Of a DNA stretch of 64,000 nucleotides, positions 49,145 to 58,349 are shown one piece after another. This DNA comes from Bacillota bacterium (GTDB lineage Bacteria > Bacillota > JAAYKD01), in assembly GCA_963666425.2 (NCBI GenBank), contig OY762825.2:224001-288000 (forward strand). The letters are read 5' to 3'. The first letter of the stretch is position 1; each line of letters begins with the position of its first letter. A model generated the notes under the pieces. The model worked only from the letters and a program-made list of their open reading frames with translations, did not search any database and was not told the DNA's origin. The position numbers and the translations under genes are program-made.

Positions 49145-50692
49145 TTGAAGAAAAAAAGAGTTTTAGTCGCCAGTCCGGTCTATCAAAAGCCGGCTATCCT
49201 CGCTTTGTTTTTAACCTCCCTGAAAAACCTGAAAATGGACAGCATTGCTTTGGATTATCTGTTCGTTGATGACAATAACGATGAAAATTCCAGTACGCTG
49301 TTAGCGAATTTTCAAAGAGAAGGTTCACAAGTATTGATTCTAAACGGCAAGGAACAGGGAGCTTATCTCTGCAATGATGAATCTCATCACTGGGATGATA
49401 GCTTAATGTTGAAAGTAGCCAACTACAAGAATTCCATGATCAGTTATGCCGTCAAAATGGATTATGATTATCTGTTTTTTGTCGATTCCGATTTGGTTTT
49501 AGCTCCCGGTCTGGTCGAGCATCTCCAGACGGAAAACAAAGATATCGTATCGGAGATTTTCTGGACAAAATGGCATCCCGATAAACCGCTGGAACCCAAT
49601 GTCTGGTTGTTCGATGAATATGATCTGGTACCGAAAAATCTGGGTGAAACGCTGAGCTCGGAAGAGATGGAGCTCAGGCAAAACGGATTTTTGCAGCAAC
49701 TGCGCATCCCGGGTTTGTATGAAGTAGGTGGTTTGGGTGCCTGTACCCTGATCAGCAGAACAGCTCTGCTCAAAGGTGTCAGTTTTCAGCCGATTCGGAA
49801 TTTAACCATTCATGGCGAAGACAGATTCTTCTGCATCCGAGCGGCGGTGCTCGGGCTTGATTTGTTCGTTGACACGCATTATCCGGCTTTCCATATTTAC
49901 AGAGAACAGGATATAGCCGCTGCACAAACTCATTTGCAAAAAAGTGGACAAGATTTGGACTTTGTCCGGCGCTTTAGAACACAGGGGAATAAAATTACCC
50001 TATCTATGATTGTCAAAAATGAAGCGGGACGCTATCTTGAGCAAGTACTCAGCAGCTTGGTCGGTCACATCGATGCGGCAGTGATTATCGATGACGGCAG
50101 TACAGATCAAACAATCACTTTATGCAGAGAAATCCTCAAAGGAATTCCTTTACAACTGATTGAGAATGAGCATTCGTTATTTGCACACGAAATATCTCTG
50201 CGCAAACAGCAATGGGACGAAACGATTAAGACAAATCCCGATTGGATATTGAATTTGGATGCGGATGAAATATTGGATGAAAGTTTTTGGCTGCATGCGC
50301 AGGAATTGATCAATCATCCGGATTGCGATTTATACTGCTTCCGATTATACGATATGTGGGATGAACAGCATTATCGTGAGGATGAATACTGGAATGCGCA
50401 TCGTATTTACCGACCGTTTCTCATGCGTTATCAACCGGATTTTGCTTACAAATGGAATGAAACCCCACAGCACTGCGGCCGATTTCCAGCCAACATCTTT
50501 TCTTTCTCCTCTCTTCATTCGGAAGCACGCATCAGGCATTTAGGCTGGGCAGCCGAATCAGACAGAATGGATAAAAAGAAACGCTACGAACTGCTGGACC
50601 CGGGTGCAATCTACGGCATCAAAGAGCAATATGATTCGATTTTGGACACATCCCCCAGATTGCTGCAATGGCGAGAACAAGAAGACATTTAG
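49145..50692 (+). CDS. Tandem double GT2 glycosyltransferase
   Basis: Domain 1: FVDD, FFVDSD, GGLGACTL, GED; domain 2: LSMIVKNE, IDDGSTD, LDADE, IRHLG. Confidence 0.88.
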   Translation: MKKKRVLVASPVYQKPAILALFLTSLKNLKMDSIALDYLFVDDNNDENSSTLLANFQREGSQVLILNGKEQGAYLCNDESHHWDDSLMLKVANYKNSMISYAVKMDYDYLFFVDSDLVLAPGLVEHLQTENKDIVSEIFWTKWHPDKPLEPNVWLFDEYDLVPKNLGETLSSEEMELRQNGFLQQLRIPGLYEVGGLGACTLISRTALLKGVSFQPIRNLTIHGEDRFFCIRAAVLGLDLFVDTHYPAFHIYREQDIAAAQTHLQKSGQDLDFVRRFRTQGNKITLSMIVKNEAGRYLEQVLSSLVGHIDAAVIIDDGSTDQTITLCREILKGIPLQLIENEHSLFAHEISLRKQQWDETIKTNPDWILNLDADEILDESFWLHAQELINHPDCDLYCFRLYDMWDEQHYREDEYWNAHRIYRPFLMRYQPDFAYKWNETPQHCGRFPANIFSFSSLHSEARIRHLGWAAESDRMDKKKRYELLDPGAIYGIKEQYDSILDTSPRLLQWREQEDI

Positions 50693-50697
50693 CTTAA

Positions 50698-50863
50698 TTG
50701 ACACTCCCCATAGTTAAAGCAAGCGTTTTCCGGCTTCACTCGGTAAAGCCGGACACTTCTTCTACGAATATTGGTAATAGCTTCAGCAACAATCTAGTCT
50801 ACCTGAAAACTGTGGCCATTCACTGAATATTCTACAACCACCTGCGCTGCAGGTGGTTTTTTT
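50698..50863 (-). mobile_element. Degenerate IS200/IS605-like end(s), non-autonomous remnant
   Basis: Minus strand ..GCTTTAACTATGGGGAGTGTCAA resembles IS605-group right ends; second hairpin AACCACCTGC-GCT-GCAGGTGGTT at 50836-50858; no tnpA/tnpB. Confidence 0.5.
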
Positions 50864-51305
50864 AATAAAACTGACCAGATAGTACCCGTGTAAATGTTTC
50901 GGCATCATTACAGGCAAAGCGGGGGTATAATTAATGTTTCTTTCCCGTTAACTATTTTATTATTAACATTGTAGCAGCTTTAATGACAGTTTACCGGCAG
51001 ACGCGTATTCTGTTTATGGAAATCATAAACAAATAAGGTTGAAATTAACTATTGTCTGATTCATTAGGAAGCAATTTTGTTTCTTCTGAAAGCCGAGCTA
51101 TGATAGCTTGGGCTAAACTTAAAAATGAGCCTTTCGTTATTCAAGTTCCTTTAAAAATGCTCATTAAGGTATGATATTCATTTGCAGCGATCGATATGAG
51201 ATTACAGCAGCGTTTGATACAGTATTAAGAGAATTTATTTTATAAATCGCTCCGGAATATATAGGTTGACTTGGTGAAACGATTTGAAGGTACCTTGTTT
51301 ACATT

Positions 51306-52166
51306 TTAAGAATCATCTGGTTTAATGATGAATTTTCCTATGATACAAGTTGCAATAAATAATGAAACAACATCAGATCCGCTCCTGAGCAGTGAGTCTG
51401 ACATAGCATCTTTCGTAATTAACCCCATAAAGCTATTAAATATTATCCAATTAAGTCCAATTGTAAATAGTAATCTTATTGGTACTGAAGTCCATTTTTC
51501 TTTGTTAAATAGCGTTGGGTATACAATTATGTAAACGTACCCTAATATCACGCCAAATGTTAAGGTCCAAATATAACATGGTAAGGCATAGATATTGCAA
51601 TTACTTTGAATTATACCTGTTTTATATCCTACTATACGTTCAATCATAAAAGTAATTGTAATAGCAGCAACCGCCCCTATGCGTTCTACCCTTTTAATAC
51701 TTTGAAATGTGTTTTTTTTTGAATGATTTGCTATTGTAAACAATGCAATTGCCATGCAAAGTAAAAATACAGGGATTGCATCACCGATTCCCATAAAAAA
51801 TTGGTATTTGACAAATTCAAATCCATAGGAATTGAAAGGTGATGATTCAATCACAACTTCTTGCATGCCAAACAGATAAATTAACGCAAAAGATAAACCA
51901 AAACGAACACCTGTAGGCATATTGGAAATCTTAGTTTTATTACAGACATATCGGACTGTGACAGTACATTGAGCATATAATACTAAGAAATAGCAAACTG
52001 CTATGGCAGGAAAACCAAAAAGCATTACTAAAGTACTATTAAATAGTTGAACATTTACTGACGCAGGTAAAATGGCATGCAAAACAATTGTTAAAAAAAC
52101 CGAACATAAAATAGTGAGTATACTTATAAAAATCTCACTTTTTTTGTTTATTTGCTCAAAATTCAT
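51306..52166 (-). CDS. Hypothetical multi-TM membrane protein
   Basis: AT-rich ORF with about 8 hydrophobic helices; GGAGG RBS before ATG 52166. Confidence 0.75.
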   Translation of the reverse strand: MNFEQINKKSEIFISILTILCSVFLTIVLHAILPASVNVQLFNSTLVMLFGFPAIAVCYFLVLYAQCTVTVRYVCNKTKISNMPTGVRFGLSFALIYLFGMQEVVIESSPFNSYGFEFVKYQFFMGIGDAIPVFLLCMAIALFTIANHSKKNTFQSIKRVERIGAVAAITITFMIERIVGYKTGIIQSNCNIYALPCYIWTLTFGVILGYVYIIVYPTLFNKEKWTSVPIRLLFTIGLNWIIFNSFMGLITKDAMSDSLLRSGSDVVSLFIATCIIGKFIIKPDDS

Positions 52167-52545
52167 AAATGTAACCTCCAAAATAAGTTAGTCGTTTTAA
52201 CATGTAAACAAGAAATGATGTGAAAAATTCCTGCCCGAGCCTAGGTGTGCACAACAGGAGCAGCATAATGATTATACTAAATGCAGAGCAGTTGAAGATT
52301 AGCCTGCTTTTTACCGAAAAAGAAAGTTTCTTCAGGATGGTTTGATATGCAGATATTGATATGCACATCACTTCCATCCTGAAGAAACATGTGAACGCTT
52401 TATAAATCCAGATCACTTTCTGCTGGGGTGTTCTACAAACATTTGCTTGTTTTTTGTTCATGAGTTTTTTCACTGACATGAAATTCTATGATTTGTTGGA
52501 TAATCATCGTAAGCTGATTATCACCTACTTACACTTTTTCTCTGA

Positions 52546-52974
52546 TTAAACCTTGCAGCAATCTCCGTTCATTAATGTGCTTTCAACGATGATGTTATTA
52601 CAATCAATCTTACAGGAATCAATAATCATAGCAAATATAGGATCGAGGCACCAGCCGTGGCAGGGATTTGCATTTCCCATTTTTTTAGATAATGCACATA
52701 ACTTGCACATTGTTGCCGTAGCGATATGTCCATCGTGAGTCTTTTCAACAGACCAGTTTGCACAGCCATATATCTCGGAAAGCCTATTAAATACATCTTC
52801 AATATTCTTTATACCCAGCTGCTGGTTTAAAACGGAGGCGGTTAACGTTTGCCTTTCTTTTCTTTTTTCGACAATGTTCTTTAGCACTTTCATACTTTCA
52901 TAAGTGTTTACAGTTTCCGCGATTGCTGCAGCATATGTATACTGCAGCAAAGCAAGTCTTTTCTCGATTTCCAT
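52546..52974 (-). CDS. Hypothetical Cys-rich protein (V4R/ATC-hydrolase-like fold possible)
   Basis: CKLC, PCHGWCLDP and STLMNGDCC pattern; AGGAG RBS. Confidence 0.65.
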   Translation of the reverse strand: MEIEKRLALLQYTYAAAIAETVNTYESMKVLKNIVEKRKERQTLTASVLNQQLGIKNIEDVFNRLSEIYGCANWSVEKTHDGHIATATMCKLCALSKKMGNANPCHGWCLDPIFAMIIDSCKIDCNNIIVESTLMNGDCCKV

Positions 52975-52990
52975 TATTAAATTCTCTCCT

Positions 52991-53557
52991 TTACATATTT
53001 AGTTTGTCAGCAAGGATTGCTGAAATTTCTTCGTGAATTTCATCTTTCGCAATGTACCTGTTTTTTACCACTATGCTTATAATAAGATTCTCAAGAAGAT
53101 GTATAAGAGTTTTTACAACAATAACATTGTTTTCACAGGATTTAAGATGCGGCAACACCAACTGCGAATGACGATCCACAATCGATTTCTCCCAATTTTC
53201 CATAATTGTTGTTAGTTCGTCATCGCCATCAAAAGCAAGATATACCTTTACACCTAGCCGATAAACCTTTTTATCATAACGATTCAAATGGTTCAACTCA
53301 AAAACAAACTCGGTATAAAAATCTATGATGTTTTTGGACTCTATTTTCTTCGCTTGTCTGCTCAAAATTTCGAAATAATCCTTTATGATTATTTCATGAA
53401 ATAATTCCTTTTTGCTTTTGTAATAATAGTAAATCATCGGCAGCGAACATCCAGCATCACTGGCGATTTTGCGGATGGTTGCTCCATAAAAGCCGTCTCT
53501 TTCAAAATGATCAACTGCTATTTCTTTAATTTTGACTCTAAATTCATTCTCTTCCAT
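52991..53557 (-). CDS. TetR/AcrR regulator
   Basis: F.RDGF.GATIRKIA..AGCS..MIYYYYKSKKELF; ATG 53557 after AGGAGG. Confidence 0.92.
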   Translation of the reverse strand: MEENEFRVKIKEIAVDHFERDGFYGATIRKIASDAGCSLPMIYYYYKSKKELFHEIIIKDYFEILSRQAKKIESKNIIDFYTEFVFELNHLNRYDKKVYRLGVKVYLAFDGDDELTTIMENWEKSIVDRHSQLVLPHLKSCENNVIVVKTLIHLLENLIISIVVKNRYIAKDEIHEEISAILADKLNM

Positions 53558-53570
53558 GTGCACCTCCTAT

Positions 53571-53584
53571 CTAACGTACGTTAG
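53571..53584. promoter_or_regulatory. Perfect 14-bp palindrome, probable TetR autoregulatory operator
   Basis: CTAACGTACGTTAG directly upstream of the tetR RBS. Confidence 0.7.
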
Positions 53585-53880
53585 TATTATATCACACGTA
53601 CAAATAGACTGCAAGAGTTTGATTGAATTTAAATCATTAGAAAATTGATAAAGATTGTAAATGGACTCTATTTGCATAACAGTTTTTCAAGCGCTGCTCA
53701 GTGTAGAATAGCTTGCGGCTTCAATTTCAGCGTATTGTTGAGCTGTCTGCGCCTTCTGCTGCGCATCGAGCGGCACCAAAATAAGAGACAGACAGCGCAC
53801 AAAGCACTCCTGACAGATATGCAGTTTTGCTTCTTCCGAGTAATCCCAGAGATAGCCGTAAAAGCGTTTCATTTGCAATA

Positions 53881-54747
53881 TTAGAGATTTAAATCGTCAT
53901 TTTGAATATCTTCATCCCTTAGTGTGTTATTTTCGAGTTTTGCGGGCAGTAACCTTTTCATATCAAAGCCGAATAAGATTTTAATAATCCAGGTAAAAAT
54001 CAATATTACAATTAACGGTATAACACAGGAGGTTATAATCAGAACAGCAATTGCCTCTAAGAATGTACTAAGTGTATCTTCTCCCTTTTTTGTTATTTCA
54101 GATATGCTATTTCCTATTTTAGAAGTAACGTCGGATAAATAAAGTCCGATTTTTTCCATCCAATTTTTATCTTCTGTGAAAATATCTTGTTTCTTTTCTT
54201 CAATATATGATTTATTTTGTTCTACAGTTTCAACCGATTGTTCTATTGAGGCTTGATAAGAAGCATACATTAAGTCACTTACATGTATGCTTGCCGGGAT
54301 TGCCATAAATAGAACAACACCAAATATAGTGAGCTTTATTGCAAGATTTTTTAATACAACATCCTTAGTGTATAAATAAGAAACACCTAAAATACAAGCA
54401 AAAGGAATAATAACATTAAATGACACATAACCAACTACTGCAATTAACATCTTTTCTAATAAAATCGCACATAGTACAACAATGAAGTAAAAACTTAATT
54501 CTGCAATTTGATTAGCGATTGGCGTTGCGGCATCTCCGGGCATTAATGAGAGAGCTGTTGAGGTTGCCGCCGCTGCTGCTGTGAGTCCCATAACAATGAC
54601 TTTTTTATCGTCCAATGATTTTATGGTTGCTGCATTAAAACTTGGGGCTGTTACTATTCTTGATACAACGAAAATTGATAATAACGCTATTACGAGTAGT
54701 ATTATCAGCATTATAGTTCGTTGAGAAGACTTATTGCTTTTTATCAT
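53881..54747 (-). CDS. Hypothetical membrane protein
   Basis: 288-aa ORF, several TM segments, LMPGDAATPIANQIA motif, AAGGAG RBS. Confidence 0.75.
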   Translation of the reverse strand: MIKSNKSSQRTIMLIILLVIALLSIFVVSRIVTAPSFNAATIKSLDDKKVIVMGLTAAAAATSTALSLMPGDAATPIANQIAELSFYFIVVLCAILLEKMLIAVVGYVSFNVIIPFACILGVSYLYTKDVVLKNLAIKLTIFGVVLFMAIPASIHVSDLMYASYQASIEQSVETVEQNKSYIEEKKQDIFTEDKNWMEKIGLYLSDVTSKIGNSISEITKKGEDTLSTFLEAIAVLIITSCVIPLIVILIFTWIIKILFGFDMKRLLPAKLENNTLRDEDIQNDDLNL

Positions 54748-55134
54748 TCGTACTCTCCTTTGTAAATTCTATATTGATAATCAATAGATCATTTCTTATT
54801 TTATATCCAGATTAATTCCAATTATTGTTTTCGTTTTCTGTATCTTTTGATAGTATAGTACCATCTCCCAAACTAGAATTAGCCATAATATAAATAATCT
54901 AAATTTATTATATAGAAAAGAATTATGAAAGTCAATCTGCACATATCAATATAGGGGAGGGATATTTGCCGCACTGAAAATATTTAAGTGTTTTGTTGAG
55001 ATCATATTCCTATAACTGACAGTGTGTCGTACTTAGACGAAATTTCACAGTGCTGCCTTCGTGAGAAGAACAGCGCGAAGTGTTTGCTTTGCAAACATGA
55101 AGTTCAGTGTTCAACAAAAAGCGGAACACTGAGT

Positions 55135-55180
55135 AAAAAGAAGCGGTTATTTGTCTGTAGACAAATAACCGCTTCTTTTT
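55135..55180. terminator. Bidirectional terminator downstream of tRNA-Ala
   Basis: AAAAAGAAGCGGTTATTTGTC-TGTA-GACAAATAACCGCTTCTTTTT perfect hairpin. Confidence 0.88.
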
Positions 55181-55181
55181 A

Positions 55182-55257
55182 TGGTGGAGACGAAGAGGAT
55201 CGAACTCTCGACCTTACGGATGCGAACCGTACGCTCTCCCAGCTGAGCTACGTCCCC
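55182..55257 (-). tRNA. tRNA-Ala (CGC)
   Basis: GGGGACG/CGTCTCC acceptor with G3:U70, anticodon arm TACGG-TT-CGC-AT-CCGTA, TTCGATC, ACCA. Confidence 0.96.
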
Positions 55258-55299
55258 GTAAATCAACGTTCCTCATTATACATAAAAAGAGTCATCCGG

Positions 55300-56226
55300 T
55301 CAAGAGGCAATCACAGTTTTTTTCTCAGTTCCCTTCGTTTCTTCCGTTTCCTCTTTCCTTTTGTTAAACAGTGTCAGTGTCACAACGGAAGCTAAAATCA
55401 TGATGGTTCCAAGCAAGGTTCGGCTGGTAAATCTTTCATGGAAAGCCAGAACGCCCACAACAATACTGGCCAATGGCTCGAAGGTACTCAAGATCGCCGT
55501 ATGCTGCGCACCAACCAGATTGGTGCCGCTTTGGAACAGGATGACGGCGACCAAGGTCAGCGACATGGCGAAAACCACCATCCAAAGCCAAGCCACGCTT
55601 GTCATCTGATAAACAAAGCTTCGCGTCAGCATGGAATAAAGAAAGATTAAAACAGAACAGATAGAAGCGGTGTAGAAACTATATTTAAAGGGGTATAGTT
55701 TTCCCATTCCACTCTTGGCCAAGTAAACGATATAGGCGGCATAACTGACACCGGAAGCGCAAGCAAGGAATATTCCTCTCAAATTTGCTTGTTGTCCTGG
55801 CGTATAGAAAAACAAGATGCCAAGCATACATAAAATAAGGCAGGCTCCGTGCAAAAGATCAATTTTCTCCCGAAAAAACAGCCAGCAGAAAAGAAAAACA
55901 AAGACCGGATAAATAAAGTGCAAAGTCGTTGCCATCCCGGAATTAATATAATGAAAGGAGGAATAAAGTACGATTGGAGTCAGGACCGCACCAATCGCGC
56001 TGCAGAGAAAAAGCTTGCCAAATTCAGCTCGGCTGACCTTCAGATTGATTTTTTTCCATCTCAAAATGAAATAGAGAAAAGGTAAGGGTAAGAAATTACG
56101 GTAAAAGACAATGCTGATGGCATTGCCGCCGCCCAGGTAAATGTTTTTCACAAAGAGCGAAGCGCAGCCAAACATGGTAGCGGAAAGAATGACAAATAGG
56201 CATCCTTTCAAATAACGATTCATCAA
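55300..56226 (-). CDS. EamA/DMT family transporter
   Basis: ILSATMFG, ATTLHFIYP, AILSTFEPL; about 10 TM. Confidence 0.9.
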   Translation of the reverse strand: MMNRYLKGCLFVILSATMFGCASLFVKNIYLGGGNAISIVFYRNFLPLPFLYFILRWKKINLKVSRAEFGKLFLCSAIGAVLTPIVLYSSFHYINSGMATTLHFIYPVFVFLFCWLFFREKIDLLHGACLILCMLGILFFYTPGQQANLRGIFLACASGVSYAAYIVYLAKSGMGKLYPFKYSFYTASICSVLIFLYSMLTRSFVYQMTSVAWLWMVVFAMSLTLVAVILFQSGTNLVGAQHTAILSTFEPLASIVVGVLAFHERFTSRTLLGTIMILASVVTLTLFNKRKEETEETKGTEKKTVIAS

Positions 56227-56322
56227 CGAATACTCCCTTTAAACCGATTTTCTTCTCAACAAGTTACTGGGATACAGCCGCTGTTTTTAAAAAGCCGTAT
56301 CCCAGTTCGTATTTCTAGTACG

Positions 56323-57324
56323 CTAGACGCTGGGAAACTTTGTTTCCAATAAGGCGACAATCAGTTTGATACCGTTTTCCACATCGTTCATGTCGACCAT
56401 TTCAGATGGGGTATGAATGTAACGGGTAGCAATCGACATCACGCCACTGGGTACTCCGGCTTTGGTGGTGTGGATTGCGCCGGAATCGGTGCCGCCTGAC
56501 TCTAAAACCTCCAATTGATAGGGGATTTTATGTTTGGTGGCTACTTCTTTCATGAAGCGGATCATGGTCGGGTGGCACAAGACAGAAGCGTCGCGCACCT
56601 TGACCGTCGGTCCTTTTCCCAATGCGACATCCATCGTAATCGATTTGGGTGTATCTCCGGTGCGGGTCACATCAATGGCAATACCAAAATCGGGATCCAC
56701 GGCAAAGGCGGACGTGCGCGCGCCGCGCAAACCCACTTCTTCCTGGACGGTAAAGACAAAATTCATCTGAACTTTTGCATGTTTTACACGTTTGATGGCT
56801 TCAATTAAAATCACGCAGGCGATACGGTCGTCCATGGCTTTCGATACCATACGATTGCCAAGATCAATGCACTCGTAGCAGCCGCCGGCGCAGTCGCCGA
56901 CCTGAACCTTCTGCTGCGCTTCCGCTTTGCTGTCGGCACCGATGTCGATAAACATCTTGCTTAATTCCAGTGTTTCGCCGGCATTCAATTTTTCCGCGCC
57001 AAAAACACCGACCGTACCGTTGGCAAAGACACAGCGCGTCGCAAACAAGACCTGCGGGCTGAGTCCGCCAAGATTGGTGAAACGTAAAAAACCTTTGTCA
57101 TCGATATGTGTTACCATTACGCCGATTTCGTCCATATGAGCAGCCAACATTACTTTGGGGCCACTGCCATTTTTGACTGCAATAACATTGCCCAAAGCGT
57201 CGATTTTCACACTGTCGACATAAGGCTTGATCTCCTCGACGATCAGATTGGCTACATTGGTTTCATCACCGGTTGGTCCATAAGCAGAGACAATTTTTTT
57301 GGTTAAGTCTTTCAGCTCGTTCAT
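56323..57324 (-). CDS. M42 family metallo-aminopeptidase (copy 3)
   Basis: AHMDEIG, AMDDR, QEEVGLRGA, AIDVT, GGTD, RYIHTP. Confidence 0.93.
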   Translation of the reverse strand: MNELKDLTKKIVSAYGPTGDETNVANLIVEEIKPYVDSVKIDALGNVIAVKNGSGPKVMLAAHMDEIGVMVTHIDDKGFLRFTNLGGLSPQVLFATRCVFANGTVGVFGAEKLNAGETLELSKMFIDIGADSKAEAQQKVQVGDCAGGCYECIDLGNRMVSKAMDDRIACVILIEAIKRVKHAKVQMNFVFTVQEEVGLRGARTSAFAVDPDFGIAIDVTRTGDTPKSITMDVALGKGPTVKVRDASVLCHPTMIRFMKEVATKHKIPYQLEVLESGGTDSGAIHTTKAGVPSGVMSIATRYIHTPSEMVDMNDVENGIKLIVALLETKFPSV

Positions 57325-58349
57325 TTTATTGCAAACCCTCCTCTTTCAATCGCGTGGACAAACGCTTTTACCAATGCGATGGTTTGTTCGTAATCGCTTA
57401 ATTGGATGATCGATATTGGTGAATGGACATAACGGGTCGGTACCGCCAATTCAATGGCGGCCACGCCGCCGCGTGTCTGGTTGATTTTGCCGCCGTCGTT
57501 GCCGCCGGTGGCCGTGTTGCGGAATTGATAAGGTATACCCAATTCCTCCGCGGTCTTCGCTGCCAAGGCAATCAGTTTTTTGTCACTGATCAATGATTTA
57601 TCCATCAGAGTAATGGATGGACCGGCACCAAGGTGCGTGGAAACCAAATGATCTTCCACATCGGTCACATCATGGGCGGTACAACCTTCAATGGCAATGC
57701 CAACCTGCGGATCGATCGCGAAGGCGGCAGTACCGGCGCCGCGCAGACCGATTTCTTCCGAAACGGAAAAAACAGCGTAAACCGGCACAGTGAACTTCTC
57801 TTTCAGGACTTCCACGATCACGGCGCAGCCGATGCGGTCGTCAAATGCTTTGGCTTTGGCTTTGCCATCGCCGAATTCTTCGTAGTCTGTATCAAAAACA
57901 GCAAAATCGCCAACGGAAACAACCTTTTCCGCTTCATCTTTATTCTTTGCTCCGATATCGATCAATAACGCGTCAATCGGCAGCGGAGATTGCCGCTCTT
58001 CCGGTTTCTGCAAATGAATCGCTTTGGCTCCGATTACACCGGGAATTTTCTTAGTCCCAATCCGGACTGTTTTCGCTACCAAAACTCTGGGGTCAATGCC
58101 GCCAACCGGTTTAAAACGCAGCAGGCCGGTCGGTTCGATAAAAACGATCATCAGTCCAATTTCATCCATATGTGCATCCAACAAAATCCGGGGACCTTTG
58201 GCATCCTTGTTTTGTACGGCGATCAAATTACCCAGCATATCGGTATGGATCTCGTCCACAACACCCTCCAGGGCTGCTCTGATAACTGCACGCACTTCAT
58301 ATTCATCACCGGCCACACCGGCCGCTTCCGTGATCTTTTTTAGTAACAT
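57321..58349 (-). CDS. M42 family metallo-aminopeptidase (copy 2)
   Basis: AHMDEIG, AFDDR, SEEIGLRGA, AIEG, GGND, RYVHSP. Confidence 0.93.
   Translation of the reverse strand: MLLKKITEAAGVAGDEYEVRAVIRAALEGVVDEIHTDMLGNLIAVQNKDAKGPRILLDAHMDEIGLMIVFIEPTGLLRFKPVGGIDPRVLVAKTVRIGTKKIPGVIGAKAIHLQKPEERQSPLPIDALLIDIGAKNKDEAEKVVSVGDFAVFDTDYEEFGDGKAKAKAFDDRIGCAVIVEVLKEKFTVPVYAVFSVSEEIGLRGAGTAAFAIDPQVGIAIEGCTAHDVTDVEDHLVSTHLGAGPSITLMDKSLISDKKLIALAAKTAEELGIPYQFRNTATGGNDGGKINQTRGGVAAIELAVPTRYVHSPISIIQLSDYEQTIALVKAFVHAIERGGFAIK

Noticed and set aside
51006-51050. sgRNA/tracrRNA-like look (GAAA loop followed by AAATAAGG)
   Set aside because: No cas genes or CRISPR repeats in the window and the match is short; kept only as a generic structured RNA candidate
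51085-51118. Hammerhead-like CTGA..stem..AAAC
   Set aside because: Core deviates from CUGANGA/GAAA (CTGAAAG, CTAAAC) and I see no clear stems I and III
52156-52479. 107-aa ORF
   Set aside because: Runs through a long inverted repeat and overlaps the next gene start; no convincing RBS or motif
55024-55395. 123-aa plus-strand ORF
   Set aside because: Spans the terminator, antisense tRNA-Ala and the EamA gene end
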